A DNA stretch of 64,000 nucleotides from Planctomycetota bacterium (GTDB taxonomy: Bacteria; Planctomycetota; SZUA-567; H5-PLA8): positions 5,088-69,087 of the forward strand of contig JAKLKQ010000033.1 in the NCBI GenBank assembly GCA_023150555.1. Direction: 5' to 3'. A program made the translations under genes and the position numbers. The notes beneath the pieces are model-generated. The model ran no database searches and was not told the origin of the DNA. It saw only the letters and a program-made list of their open reading frames with translations. Shown here in pieces: positions 1 through 9,387 of the stretch. Each line of letters starts with the position of its first letter. The first letter of the stretch is position 1.

Positions 1-285
1 GCGCTGACCGCGCGCGCGCACCTCTTCGTCGGCAACGACACCGGCCCGCTGCACCTGGCCGTGGCGCTGGGCGTCGGATGCGTGGCGGTCTTTGGCGCCA
101 CCGACCCGCTGCGCAACGGACCCTACGGCACGGGCAACCGCATCCAGGCGGCGGGCCCCGAGTGCCAGCCGTGCTGGAAGACGCAGTGCGCGCACAGCGA
201 GCCGCTCGCGTGCCTGAACCGCGTGCAGTCCAAGCAGGTCGTCACCAGTTGCGCATCGATTCTCGGGCGGAGGGCGCTGACGTGA
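1..285 (+). CDS. ADP-heptose:LPS heptosyltransferase (GT9 family), C-terminal fragment; the 5' end lies outside the window
   Basis: Frame-1 translation ...ALTARAHLFVGNDTGPLHLAVALGVGCVAVFGATDPLRNGPYG... matches the GT9 C-terminal donor-binding region (GNDSGPMHLAAALG...FGPT). Stop TGA at 283-285. Confidence 0.7.
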   Translation, partial: ALTARAHLFVGNDTGPLHLAVALGVGCVAVFGATDPLRNGPYGTGNRIQAAGPECQPCWKTQCAHSEPLACLNRVQSKQVVTSCASILGRRALT

Positions 286-2888
286 TCAAGGCCTTCCGCG
301 CCCGCGTCCTCCACTACTACGTCGCCCGCGAGTACCTGAAGAATCTCGCGCTGGCGCTGGTGGCAGTGACGATCGTCTGGACGGCCTTCCTGCTGATCCT
401 GAAGGCTACGGAGGTCGAGGACTTCGGCATCTCGGTCGGCGACCTGATCCTGCTGACGCCGTTCATGATGCCGTGGGTGATGACCGGCGCCTTCCCGCTC
501 GCGTGCATGATGGCGGCGATCACGGTCTTCGGGCGCATGGCCAGCGACAACGAGATCCAGGCGGCGCACGCCGGCGGCGCCTCGGTGGGGCTGCTGGCGA
601 TGCCGGTGCTGTTCCTGGCCTTCGTCATCTCCAGCGTCTCGCTGTGGTGCAGCGACCAGGGCATGGACTGGGGCTTCTCGAAGATCCGCAATCACTTCCT
701 GACGCTTGAGAACGAAGACCTGCTCGAGAAACTCGAGAAGCCCGGCTCCACCTTTCCGCTGCAGATGGACGGCGGCCGCGTCGCGGTGATCAGCATGCTG
801 CCGCGCATGCCCGAGCGCGAAGGCAGCCAGCGCATCCTGCGTCCGATCCACATCGCCTTCTTCGACGGCGTGCAGCTGGTCGACAGCCTCTACGCGCGCG
901 AGCACGAGTATTCCGCACCGTCGGCGGACGAAAGCGGCAGCCTGAGCATGGGCATCACGCTTCAGGGCGCGCAGACGCTGAGCGAGAACCCGATGTTCTT
1001 CGAGCAGCTGGAGCTGACCCTGCCGCTGCCGAAGCTCGAAGAGCAGATCACCCTCTTCTCGGGCTCGGGCAGCGAGCCGCTGCTGATCAACTGGCGCGAG
1101 GCGCGCGAGTTGCGCGCCAGCATCCCGGTGCGCCAGGACTTCATCCTCGACCGCGCCGCCGAACTGGTCGCGCAGGCCGCGGCCGGCTCGCCCGCCGACC
1201 CGTCCATGCCGCTCTTGGCGGGCAAGCAGTGGATGGAAGTCCGCACGGCAGCCGCGCAGGTGGACGGCGCGCGGAACAAGGCACAGAAGAAGCTGGCGGA
1301 GTTCCACCGCAAGCTGGCACTGGCGTTCCTGCCGCTGAGCCTGGTGGTCCTGGGCATCGGGCTGGGACTGCTGGTGCGCAAGGGCAACCGCGCGGTCGGT
1401 TTCGTGCTGGGCCTGCTGGCCTACCTGCTGACGTTCTATCCCCCAATGGTGATCTCGAAGGAGTTCGCCAACGCCGGGGCCGCGCCGCCGTGGGTGCTGT
1501 GGGCCCCGAACCTTCTGATCCTGGTGCTGGGCATCGCGCTGTGGTGGTCGCACAACCGCGGCTACTTGGACGCGTCGCTGCCGCAGTGGATGCGCCTGGG
1601 CTGGCTGGTGCCGTCGCGCAAGGTGCTGTACGGCGCGTTCTACAACGCGATCTGGCAGCGGCTCACGCGGCTGGAATGGTGGCGCGCGCTGCCGTTCCGG
1701 CGCAAGGCCGAACGCCACGTGGCGGCGTCGTTCCTCGCGCCGCTGCTGCTGATCGCGCTGGCGGTGGCGCTGCTGTTCGTGCTGCTGGACTTGGTCGAGC
1801 ACGGCGGCGAGGTGATCAAGGGCGTCCAACTGCACCTGGAACCGCTGGGCAACATGGAACCGCGCAGCCTGCCGCGCGCGCTGACCGATGTCGGCGTCTA
1901 CTACGCCATCCGCGGCCTCTCCATGCTCTTCGACCTGATGCCGGTGGTGATCCTGATCGCCGGCGTGCTGGCCGTCACCATCATGGTGCGTAACAACGAG
2001 CACCTGATCTTCAAGTCGGTGGGCACTCCGCTGCAGCGCGTCTTCCGCCCCATCCTGCTGACGTCGGCGCTGCTGGCGCTGGGCATCACGCTGGTGCGCG
2101 AGACCGTCCTGCCATCGCTGATCATGGAGCGCGACCGCCTCAAGCCTCTCGTCTACCACCGCACGCCCAAGTCCAAGTCCATGGCCGGGCAGAGCGAGGA
2201 CGCGCAGGGCCGCCCGATCATCTACGAGATCGAGCGCTTCTCGCGAAACCTGCACCGCTGCGAAGGCCTGCGCATCTACATGCCGCAGGAGGCCGTCGAC
2301 GGGCGCATCCCGCGGCTGGTCGCCGACCGCGCCGACTGGGACCACGAGTACCAGTGCTGGAACCTGAAATCCCGCAAGCCGCACGTGCCGGCCAACAGCG
2401 AAGACGACGAGCATTTCACCGCCGGCGGACGCCTCGTCAAGCCCATCCCCACGCCGCCGGAGCAGCGCAGCCAGCGCGGGGCGTTCTTCATGCATGCCGA
2501 GGATAAGCGCACCTTCGACGGCGTGCTCTCGCCGGCCTTCCTCGAAAGCGAGAAGCTGGGCACCAAGGTCATGCGCCTGGGCGAACTGTGGACCCTGCGC
2601 AGCCGCCCGGCCTTCGGCGCCGAACTGTGGCGCCGGGCCTGCGAGTGGCTCACCGGACTGCTGCTCCTGATGGTCTGCATCCCGCTGCTGGTGCGCAACG
2701 AGATCCGCAACCCGCTGATCGGCATTGCCGTCTGCATGGGCTACGGCGCCGTCTACCTGGGCCTGACGCTGGGCGTGACCGAGGCGGCCAGCCGCGCGAT
2801 GCTGGGCAGCACCGCGTTCGTCGCGCTGCCGCACCTGCTCTTCCTCGCGATGGCGATGGTGAGTTACCGGTACAAGATGGAGACGTGA
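282..2888 (+). CDS. LPS export permease, fused LptF-LptG (two YjgP/YjgQ permease domains in one 868-aa polypeptide)
   Basis: The N-terminus VIKAFRARVLHYYVAREYL resembles the LptF/LptG start. There are two blocks of multiple TM helices, each followed by a periplasmic region. GTG 282 overlaps the upstream stop (GTGA). The first in-frame ATG (78) would overlap the upstream gene by 200 bp, so it is rejected. Confidence 0.7.
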   Translation: MIKAFRARVLHYYVAREYLKNLALALVAVTIVWTAFLLILKATEVEDFGISVGDLILLTPFMMPWVMTGAFPLACMMAAITVFGRMASDNEIQAAHAGGASVGLLAMPVLFLAFVISSVSLWCSDQGMDWGFSKIRNHFLTLENEDLLEKLEKPGSTFPLQMDGGRVAVISMLPRMPEREGSQRILRPIHIAFFDGVQLVDSLYAREHEYSAPSADESGSLSMGITLQGAQTLSENPMFFEQLELTLPLPKLEEQITLFSGSGSEPLLINWREARELRASIPVRQDFILDRAAELVAQAAAGSPADPSMPLLAGKQWMEVRTAAAQVDGARNKAQKKLAEFHRKLALAFLPLSLVVLGIGLGLLVRKGNRAVGFVLGLLAYLLTFYPPMVISKEFANAGAAPPWVLWAPNLLILVLGIALWWSHNRGYLDASLPQWMRLGWLVPSRKVLYGAFYNAIWQRLTRLEWWRALPFRRKAERHVAASFLAPLLLIALAVALLFVLLDLVEHGGEVIKGVQLHLEPLGNMEPRSLPRALTDVGVYYAIRGLSMLFDLMPVVILIAGVLAVTIMVRNNEHLIFKSVGTPLQRVFRPILLTSALLALGITLVRETVLPSLIMERDRLKPLVYHRTPKSKSMAGQSEDAQGRPIIYEIERFSRNLHRCEGLRIYMPQEAVDGRIPRLVADRADWDHEYQCWNLKSRKPHVPANSEDDEHFTAGGRLVKPIPTPPEQRSQRGAFFMHAEDKRTFDGVLSPAFLESEKLGTKVMRLGELWTLRSRPAFGAELWRRACEWLTGLLLLMVCIPLLVRNEIRNPLIGIAVCMGYGAVYLGLTLGVTEAASRAMLGSTAFVALPHLLFLAMAMVSYRYKMET

Positions 2889-2921
2889 GCGTCTCCCGGA
2901 ACTGAAGAGAACCGATCGACC

Positions 2922-4610
2922 ATGCCCCTGCTGGACGCCTACACCGTCGCCGACCTGCTCGACGAGATCGGCGCGCGCCTGGAACTCAGCGGCGAGTCGC
3001 CGTTCAAGGTCCGCGCGTACCAGAACGGCGCGGAAGTCCTGCGCGCGCTCAAGCTCCCGCTGGCGGGCCTGGTCGAGGACCGCAAGCTCAAGGCGCTGCC
3101 CGGCATCGGCGAGGCCCTGGCCGAGAAGATCAGCAAACTCCACCGCACCGGCTCTCACCCGCTGCTGGAACGCCTGCGCGAGGAAGTGCCCGACGGCCTC
3201 CTGCGCCTGGTCGCGCTGCCCGGCCTGGGCCCCAAGAAGGCCCTGCGCCTCCGCGAAGACCTGGGCATCGACGACCTCGACGCGCTCGAGCGCGCCATCG
3301 ACGACGGGTCGCTCGCGAAGGCCAAGGGTTTCTCTGCCAAGGCCGCCGAGAAACTCAAGCACGCCCTCGGCTTCGTGCGCGCCTCGGCCGGGCGCCTGCG
3401 CCTGAACGACGCCGACGCGCTGCTGTCCGTCGCCGCCGCGGAACTCCGCGCGCAGCCCGGCGTGACGCAGGTCTGGCCCGCCGGCGAGGCCCGGCGCCGC
3501 TGCGAGACCGTCGGAGAACTGTGCGTCGTCGCCGCCGCGGATAGACCAGAGCGGCTGCCCGCGAAGGCCGGCCCCGGCGAACGCGTGCGCGTGCTGGCCG
3601 TGAAGCCCGGCTGCTTCGGCGCCGCGTTGCTGTGCGCGACGGGGTCCGAGAAGCACGTCGCGGAACTGAACGCCCGCGCGAAGAAGGAGGGCCTGGCGCT
3701 CTCGGAGGACGGCCTCACTCGCAAGGGCAAGGCCGTCGCCGCGCCGGCCGAGGCCGACATCTACGAGAGCCTCGGCTTGCCGTACATCGAACCCGAACTG
3801 CGCGAAGGCCGCGGAGAACTCGACGCAAAGGACCAGAAGGCGCGCGGGAAACTCGTCGCCGACGCTGACCTGAAGGGCATCGTGCACTGCCACAGCACCT
3901 ACAGCGACGGCGCGAACACGCTGGAGCAGATGGCCGAGGCCGTGCGCGCCATGGGCCTGCAGTACTTCGGCATCGCCGACCACAGCAAGAGTGCCGGGTA
4001 CGCCGGCGGCCTGAAGGAAGACCGCGTCAAGCGCCAGCGCGAGGAAGTCGACGCGCTCAACGAGCGCTACGCGAAGGAGAAGGCGCCCTTTCGCGTCTTC
4101 CACGGCATCGAGAGCGACATCCGGGAGGACGGCAGCCTCGACTACGACGACGAGGTGCTCGCCAACTTCGATTACGTCGTCGCCAGCGTGCACAGCCGCT
4201 TCGACCTCGACGAGGCCGCGCAGACCGCGCGCATCGTGAAGGCCATCTCCCACCCGGCCACCACAATCCTGGGCCACGCCACCGGCCGCCTGCTGCTGCG
4301 GCGCGAAGGCTACAAGGTGGATCTGGAGCAGGTGCTGGCCGCCTGCGCGAAGCACGGCGTGGCGGTGGAGGTCAACGCGCATCCCGTGCGCCTGGATCTC
4401 GACTGGCGCTGGCACGCGCGCGCCCTGGAACTGGGCGCGTGGCTCTCGATCAACCCCGACGCGCACAACACCGAGGAGCTGAAACTGGTGGCCTACGGCG
4501 TCGCCGTCGCGCGCAAGGGCGGCGTGCCCCCGGACAAGGTGCTGAACGCGCTCGACGCGAAGGCCTTCGAGAAGCACCTCCTGGCCCGCAGGAAGCGCTG
4601 GAAAAAGTAG
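2922..4610 (+). CDS. polX: Family X DNA polymerase PolX with C-terminal PHP phosphoesterase domain
   Basis: N-terminal Pol-beta-like HhH region (LPGIGEALAEKI, LPGLGPKKALRL). C-terminal PHP motif HCHSTYSDGANTLEQMAEA...GIADHS. Length 562 aa. Confidence 0.85.
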   Translation: MPLLDAYTVADLLDEIGARLELSGESPFKVRAYQNGAEVLRALKLPLAGLVEDRKLKALPGIGEALAEKISKLHRTGSHPLLERLREEVPDGLLRLVALPGLGPKKALRLREDLGIDDLDALERAIDDGSLAKAKGFSAKAAEKLKHALGFVRASAGRLRLNDADALLSVAAAELRAQPGVTQVWPAGEARRRCETVGELCVVAAADRPERLPAKAGPGERVRVLAVKPGCFGAALLCATGSEKHVAELNARAKKEGLALSEDGLTRKGKAVAAPAEADIYESLGLPYIEPELREGRGELDAKDQKARGKLVADADLKGIVHCHSTYSDGANTLEQMAEAVRAMGLQYFGIADHSKSAGYAGGLKEDRVKRQREEVDALNERYAKEKAPFRVFHGIESDIREDGSLDYDDEVLANFDYVVASVHSRFDLDEAAQTARIVKAISHPATTILGHATGRLLLRREGYKVDLEQVLAACAKHGVAVEVNAHPVRLDLDWRWHARALELGAWLSINPDAHNTEELKLVAYGVAVARKGGVPPDKVLNALDAKAFEKHLLARRKRWKK

Positions 4611-4670
4611 AGAAGAAGGCGCGGGACGAGCCGTCTAGTAGGCAGCCCCGGAAAACGGATCACGAGAGGA

Positions 4671-5753
4671 ATGGACGTGCCGAAGCGCAAGAGCGTCAAG
4701 ACACGCCGGGCCGCGCCCCGTCCTGAGCAGAACGGGACGCGCCGGCTTCGCAGCTTCTCCTCGGCTTCGTCGCGCGCGCGCGGCGTCGACCTGGGCTTCG
4801 CGCGGCAGGTGATCGCCAGCGAGGCGCGCGCGGTCGCGGCCCTGAAGCGCTGCGTCAACGCCGACTTCCGCAAGGCCGCCGAGTGGATCCTCAAGCAGGG
4901 TGGCCCCAACGGCGGGCGCGTGGTCGCCACCGGCATGGGCAAGGCGGGCATCGTGGCGCAGAAGGTCTGCGCGACGCTGGCCAGCACCGGCACGCCGGCG
5001 CTGTTCATGCATCCAGCCGAGGCCATGCACGGCGACCTGGGCATGGTCACCGGCAAGGACGTGCTGCTGGCGTTCTCGAACTCGGGCGACAGCGAGGAAG
5101 TGGTGCGCCTGCTTCCGACGGTGAAGAAGATGCGCGCGAAGGTCGTCGCGATCACCGGCAACCGCAACTCGCCGCTGGCGCGCACCGCCGACGTGGTCCT
5201 GGACCTGGGCAAGATCGTCGAACCCTGCCCGCTGCGCCTGGCGCCCAGCGCCAGCACCACCGCGATGCTGGCCCTCGGCGATGCGCTCGCGCTTTGCGTA
5301 CTGAAGGCCCGCGGCTTCACGGCGAACGACTTCGCCCAACTGCACCCCGGCGGCGCCCTGGGCCGCAAGCTCCTGCGCGCCGCCGACCTGATGCGCCGGG
5401 GCCCGCGCCTGCCCCTCGCCCGCCCCGCCGACAGCGTGCGCTCAGCCATCGCCAAGATGACCAAGGCGCGCGGCGGCGCCGTGGTGATCGTCGACGGCAA
5501 GAAGCGCCTGCTCGGCATCCTCACCGACGGCGACTTCCGCCGCACGGTAATGGACAACAAGGGCGCGGTGGACGAACCCGTCGCCAAGCACATGACCAGC
5601 CCCTGCACCGCGATCCGCGACGACACGCTGGTCGCCGAAGCGCAGGAGATCGTCGCCGAGCGGCGCATCAACGCGCTGCCGGTCGTGAACCGCAAGCGCG
5701 TGGTGGTGGGCCTGCTCGACATCCAGGACCTCGTGGCCTGGCCGGTGCTTTAA
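4671..5753 (+). CDS. kdsD: Arabinose-5-phosphate isomerase KdsD/KpsF (SIS domain plus tandem CBS)
   Basis: GRVVATGMGKAGIVAQKVCATLASTGTPALFMHPAEAMHGDLGMV and GDALALCVLKARGFTANDFAQLHPGGALGRKLL match KdsD. The N-terminus is about 25 aa longer than E. coli KdsD, so the true start may lie downstream. Confidence 0.8.
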   Translation: MDVPKRKSVKTRRAAPRPEQNGTRRLRSFSSASSRARGVDLGFARQVIASEARAVAALKRCVNADFRKAAEWILKQGGPNGGRVVATGMGKAGIVAQKVCATLASTGTPALFMHPAEAMHGDLGMVTGKDVLLAFSNSGDSEEVVRLLPTVKKMRAKVVAITGNRNSPLARTADVVLDLGKIVEPCPLRLAPSASTTAMLALGDALALCVLKARGFTANDFAQLHPGGALGRKLLRAADLMRRGPRLPLARPADSVRSAIAKMTKARGGAVVIVDGKKRLLGILTDGDFRRTVMDNKGAVDEPVAKHMTSPCTAIRDDTLVAEAQEIVAERRINALPVVNRKRVVVGLLDIQDLVAWPVL

Positions 5754-6352
5754 TGAACGCGAACGACAACGCGAACGCCCACAGCGAGATCCGCCCCGGC
5801 GGGCGCGGCCTGCCCGCGGCCGAGGTCTACCGCGGCATCAAGCTCGTCGTCTTCGACGTCGACGGCGTGCTGACCGACGGGCGCATCGCCATCGACGGCA
5901 ACGGCATCGAGACGAAGTTCTTCGACGTGCGCGACGGCACCGGCATGACGCTGCTGGACCTCGCCGGTATCAAGATGGCCATGCTCAGCGGGCGCTTCTC
6001 GCCCGTCACCGACCGCCGCGCCAAGGACGTGAAGGTGCCGACCGAACGCGTCTTTCAGGGCGTGAAATACAAACTGCCGGTTTATCTGGAACTCCTGAAG
6101 TCCCTGGGCGTCCAAGACCACGAGACCGCCTACATGGGCGACGACGTGATCGATCTGCCGGTGCTGGACCGCGTGGCCGTGGCCTGCTGCCCCGCCGACG
6201 CGCGGCCCGAAGTCCGCACCGCTTGCCACGTGCAGGCCACGCTGCCCGGCGGGCGCGGCGGCGTGCGGCAGGTCTGCGAGCACCTGCTAAAGGCGCGCGG
6301 CGACGGCGCCTGGGACCTCGCGCTGCGGCGCTACCTGCGGGAGGACGCATGA
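5753..6352 (+). CDS. kdsC: 3-deoxy-D-manno-octulosonate 8-phosphate phosphatase KdsC (HAD family)
   Basis: IKLVVFDVDGVLTDGRIAIDGNGIETKFFDVRDGTGM...YMGDDVIDLPVL is the KdsC HAD signature. ATG overlaps the kdsD stop (TAATG). Confidence 0.8.
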   Translation: MNANDNANAHSEIRPGGRGLPAAEVYRGIKLVVFDVDGVLTDGRIAIDGNGIETKFFDVRDGTGMTLLDLAGIKMAMLSGRFSPVTDRRAKDVKVPTERVFQGVKYKLPVYLELLKSLGVQDHETAYMGDDVIDLPVLDRVAVACCPADARPEVRTACHVQATLPGGRGGVRQVCEHLLKARGDGAWDLALRRYLREDA

Positions 6353-9300
6353 TGGCGCACAGCATGCGAGTCGCCTTCGCTGCGGCGGTGCTGCTCGCGG
6401 CCGCCTGCCCGCTTAGCGTCCTGCGCGCGGGCGAACCCAAGAAAGACCCCGCCGAAACGGTGGTAATCGACCCGCCCGAGGCTGCCGCCGAGAGCGCCAT
6501 CGTCTCGAACACGCTCTTCCGCGTCTCCGACAGCGAACAGATCTGGAACGCCGCGCACCGCCGCGCCACCGAGACGACCGAAGGCCAGGGCCAGGGCTTC
6601 TTAAGCGCCAGCAGCATGATGGTCGCGAACTTCCACCGCATGAAGGGCGCGCGCATCGAACGCTACGTGCGCGGCACGCCCGACAGCGACCTCGCCTTCT
6701 CTCTCGTGGCCGACGAAGTCGCCAGCGACGGCGAAGTCGTGAAACTCTCCGAACTGCGCATCACGTATTACGGTGGCACCGAGACGCTGCAAACGGTGCT
6801 CTCCTCCAGTGCTAAGGACAAGGGACAGGACAAGACGGAAAAGGCCGGCAAGGCGGAGAAGAGCGAAAAGGCCGCGAAGAGCGAGAAGCCCGAAAAGACC
6901 GCGGGAGACGGGCAGCAGAAGAAAGGCCCAAAGGACGGTGAGGAAGTCGAGATGCCGGCGCTCTTCACCATGATGAAGAAGAGCCGGGTCGAGATCTACG
7001 CCAAGAGCGGCACATACCGCCCCGAGACGGCCGTCGGCGAAGCCGAAGGCGGCGTGCGCATCGAGATCTACTCGATGGACCTGCATAGCTCCGGTGCCGA
7101 GCCCGTCGCCGTCATCAGCAGCGAACGCCTGCGCTGGCGCGCGTGGACCAACCCCGCCGTCGGCTCCAGCGAACTCTCGCTGTACGTCGTCTCCGACGAT
7201 CCCGACAAGCCCGATCCGGTCGTGCAGGCCAAGCTCACCACCGTGCAGCCCGACGGGCAGCGCTCGATGATGGAACTCCAGGCCAACGGCATGATCGTGG
7301 AACTCGCCGTGCTCGACCACCTAACCGAAGTCACCGACGAGACCGGCCGCCTGATCGGCAAGACGGATGTGAAGCGCCGCCGCGTGATCTTCCACCGCGA
7401 CATCCGCTTCACCTCCGTCGGCGCGGCCAGCACCGCGCTGATCCCGTTCCAGCAGCAGCCCGATGCCGCGGAGAAACTGAACGCCAAGGATGCGGCGAAG
7501 CCGCCGGCCGGCGAACTGGCCGCGCCCAAGGCGCCCAAGAAGCCCTCCGCTCCGCCGACGCTCACCAAGATCCGCTGCAACGGGCCCGGCCTGCTGGACC
7601 TGGCCACGCGCCCGCGCATCATCGGCGAGATCGCCCCCGACAAGCAGATCCCGCTTTCGCTGCGCTTCGAGTTCCTCAACGGCGTGCTGATGGTCACGCG
7701 CGCCGTCACGCCCGATCCCGCGGCCAAGGGCAGCGACGGGAAACTCGAATGCCGCCACCTCTGCCTGCAGTACCCGCTCGGCAACGCCGGCTCGTCGCTG
7801 CCGGAGTTCGCGGAGGCCATCGGCGGCGTGGTCGTGGAAGGCACCAAGAACACGCAGGCCGCGGTCGCCGACGCCAAGCCCTTCCGCATCGACGCGCAGC
7901 GCATGTATTACGACGGCGTCAGCGACTCGATCTTCCTCGAAGGCCTGCCGGGCACGCCGCTGCGCATGACCGACGACCTCGGCGACCTCGGCACCAACCT
8001 GCTGGTCTACAGCCGCCGCGAACAGCGGCTCTCGATGCCCAAGACCGGGCCCAAATGGTTGCGCATCAACCCCGCGGCGATGGCCGCGCTGGCCGCCAGC
8101 AAGGATCCGGAGAAGGACCCCAAGAAGGAACCTCCCCCGGACGAAGGCGCGGCGATGCTGGACCTCACCAAGGGCGGCGAGCTCAAGGTCGACTGGTACG
8201 ACAGCTTCACGCGAATGATCACGCGCATTCCGGTGAAGGTCGGCGAGCCGCTGCAGGAGAAGGAGATCCTCACCTTCAAGGACCGGGTGAACATCCGCCA
8301 GCCCGAGAAGGACCTGCAACTGAAGGGCGAGGACATCCGCATCGTGCGCGACACCAAGACCGGGCACGTCGAACGCATCGTCGGCTCGGGCAAGGTGCTG
8401 GTGCGCGTGGAAGGCATCCAGGTGAAGGGCGAAGACCTCGCCATGGACCTCGCCTACGACGCGCAGGGCAAGATCACCAAGAATATGATCATCGTGCGCG
8501 GCGATCCCAAGACGGGCGCGAAAGCGATCCTGTGGGAAGGCGAGAGCGCCATCGCGGGCGAACGCTTCGAGATCGACGTGCTGAACAACAACTTCATCGC
8601 CGACGGCGGCGGCGTCGCGCGCTTCAACCTGCCCGCCCAGGACGCCGGCACGAACCGGCCCAAGGAAGTCGCCGGAAGCGAAAGCATGATGCCCAAGTTC
8701 GACATGGCGCCCGGCGGCAAGGTCACGCTGCAGTTCGACGGCAGCCTGAAGTTTGCCAGCGCCGACGGACAGCTGCACGTCACCGACAACGTGCTGATCC
8801 ACCAGGAAGGCATGCAGATCCTCGCCGACCACCTGGTCCTGCGCCTGGACCCGCCCAAGCCCGACGCACCGGCCAAGACGGAGAAGAAGGAGAAGCCCAA
8901 GGACGGCAAGAAGGAAGACCCGAAGGACAAGAAGGGCGAGAAGAAGGACCCCGACGTGAAGCCCGGCATCTTCGCCGGCAGCGTCCGGTCCGCCGAGTGC
9001 ACCGGTCGCGTCGAACTGAAGACCGACAGCCACTACATCCGTTGCGACCGCATCTTCTTCGACATGAAGAACCAGCAGCACCGCCTGGCCGCCGACGATC
9101 CGTCCAAGGCCGTGCGCATCTACATGAAGGACCCGTCGTCGGGCAGCAAGCTCCTGCAAGTCCACGCGCCCGAGATGGAACGGCTGATCAAGCTGCGCAA
9201 CGATCTGCAAAGCGCCTCGCCCACCGAAAAGATCGCGCTGCAGTCCGAGATCGGTCAGGTCGAGCGCCAGATGGCCAAACGCCCGCCGCCCAGCCTGGAC

Positions 9301-9387
9301 TACGACGGCAAGACCGGAAAATTCACGCCCACCGGGCGCTACCTGATCATGCCCTACCCCAAGCACTCGCCGGAGGAAGGGCCATGA
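6349..9387 (+). CDS. Giant secreted OstA/LptA-like protein (1013 aa) with Lys/Glu-rich low-complexity linkers; likely LptC/LptA-type periplasmic LPS bridge component
   Basis: Signal peptide MMAHSMRVAFAAAVLLAAACPLSVLRA. C-terminal motifs GQLHVTDNVLIHQEGMQILADHLVL and ECTGRVELKTDSHYIRCDRIFFD resemble the LptA core (TGNVVVTQGTIKINADKVVV). It follows kdsD-kdsC, as lptC-lptA do in E. coli. Start overlaps the kdsC stop (ATGA). Confidence 0.6.
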   Translation: MMAHSMRVAFAAAVLLAAACPLSVLRAGEPKKDPAETVVIDPPEAAAESAIVSNTLFRVSDSEQIWNAAHRRATETTEGQGQGFLSASSMMVANFHRMKGARIERYVRGTPDSDLAFSLVADEVASDGEVVKLSELRITYYGGTETLQTVLSSSAKDKGQDKTEKAGKAEKSEKAAKSEKPEKTAGDGQQKKGPKDGEEVEMPALFTMMKKSRVEIYAKSGTYRPETAVGEAEGGVRIEIYSMDLHSSGAEPVAVISSERLRWRAWTNPAVGSSELSLYVVSDDPDKPDPVVQAKLTTVQPDGQRSMMELQANGMIVELAVLDHLTEVTDETGRLIGKTDVKRRRVIFHRDIRFTSVGAASTALIPFQQQPDAAEKLNAKDAAKPPAGELAAPKAPKKPSAPPTLTKIRCNGPGLLDLATRPRIIGEIAPDKQIPLSLRFEFLNGVLMVTRAVTPDPAAKGSDGKLECRHLCLQYPLGNAGSSLPEFAEAIGGVVVEGTKNTQAAVADAKPFRIDAQRMYYDGVSDSIFLEGLPGTPLRMTDDLGDLGTNLLVYSRREQRLSMPKTGPKWLRINPAAMAALAASKDPEKDPKKEPPPDEGAAMLDLTKGGELKVDWYDSFTRMITRIPVKVGEPLQEKEILTFKDRVNIRQPEKDLQLKGEDIRIVRDTKTGHVERIVGSGKVLVRVEGIQVKGEDLAMDLAYDAQGKITKNMIIVRGDPKTGAKAILWEGESAIAGERFEIDVLNNNFIADGGGVARFNLPAQDAGTNRPKEVAGSESMMPKFDMAPGGKVTLQFDGSLKFASADGQLHVTDNVLIHQEGMQILADHLVLRLDPPKPDAPAKTEKKEKPKDGKKEDPKDKKGEKKDPDVKPGIFAGSVRSAECTGRVELKTDSHYIRCDRIFFDMKNQQHRLAADDPSKAVRIYMKDPSSGSKLLQVHAPEMERLIKLRNDLQSASPTEKIALQSEIGQVERQMAKRPPPSLDYDGKTGKFTPTGRYLIMPYPKHSPEEGP
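6811..6950 (+). repeat. Coding low-complexity Lys/Glu-rich imperfect tandem repeat (KDKGQDKTEKAGKAEKSEKAAKSEKPEKT...)
   Basis: Reiterated aag-gcc/gag-aag codon units inside CDS 6349-9387. A second K/E/D/P-rich tract lies at about 8851-8965 (KTEKKEKPKDGKKEDPKDKKGEKKDPDVKPG). Confidence 0.6.

Noticed and set aside
78-281. An upstream ATG (78) as the start of the LptFG gene.
   Set aside because: It would overlap the heptosyltransferase coding frame by about 200 bp. GTG 282, which overlaps the upstream stop, fits the compact coupling seen throughout the window and the LptF-like N-terminus.
123-4577. A 1484-aa minus-strand ORF, and similar very long Arg/Gly/Ala/His-rich ORFs opposite real genes (for example 7143-10664 +, 15104-16531 -, 40535-41860 +, 53283-56312 N-terminal part).
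   Set aside because: In a ~70% GC genome stop codons are rare in all frames. These ORFs have homopolymeric low-complexity composition (RRRR, GAGA), lack motifs, and overlap well-supported genes on the other strand or frame. They are treated as frame artefacts.
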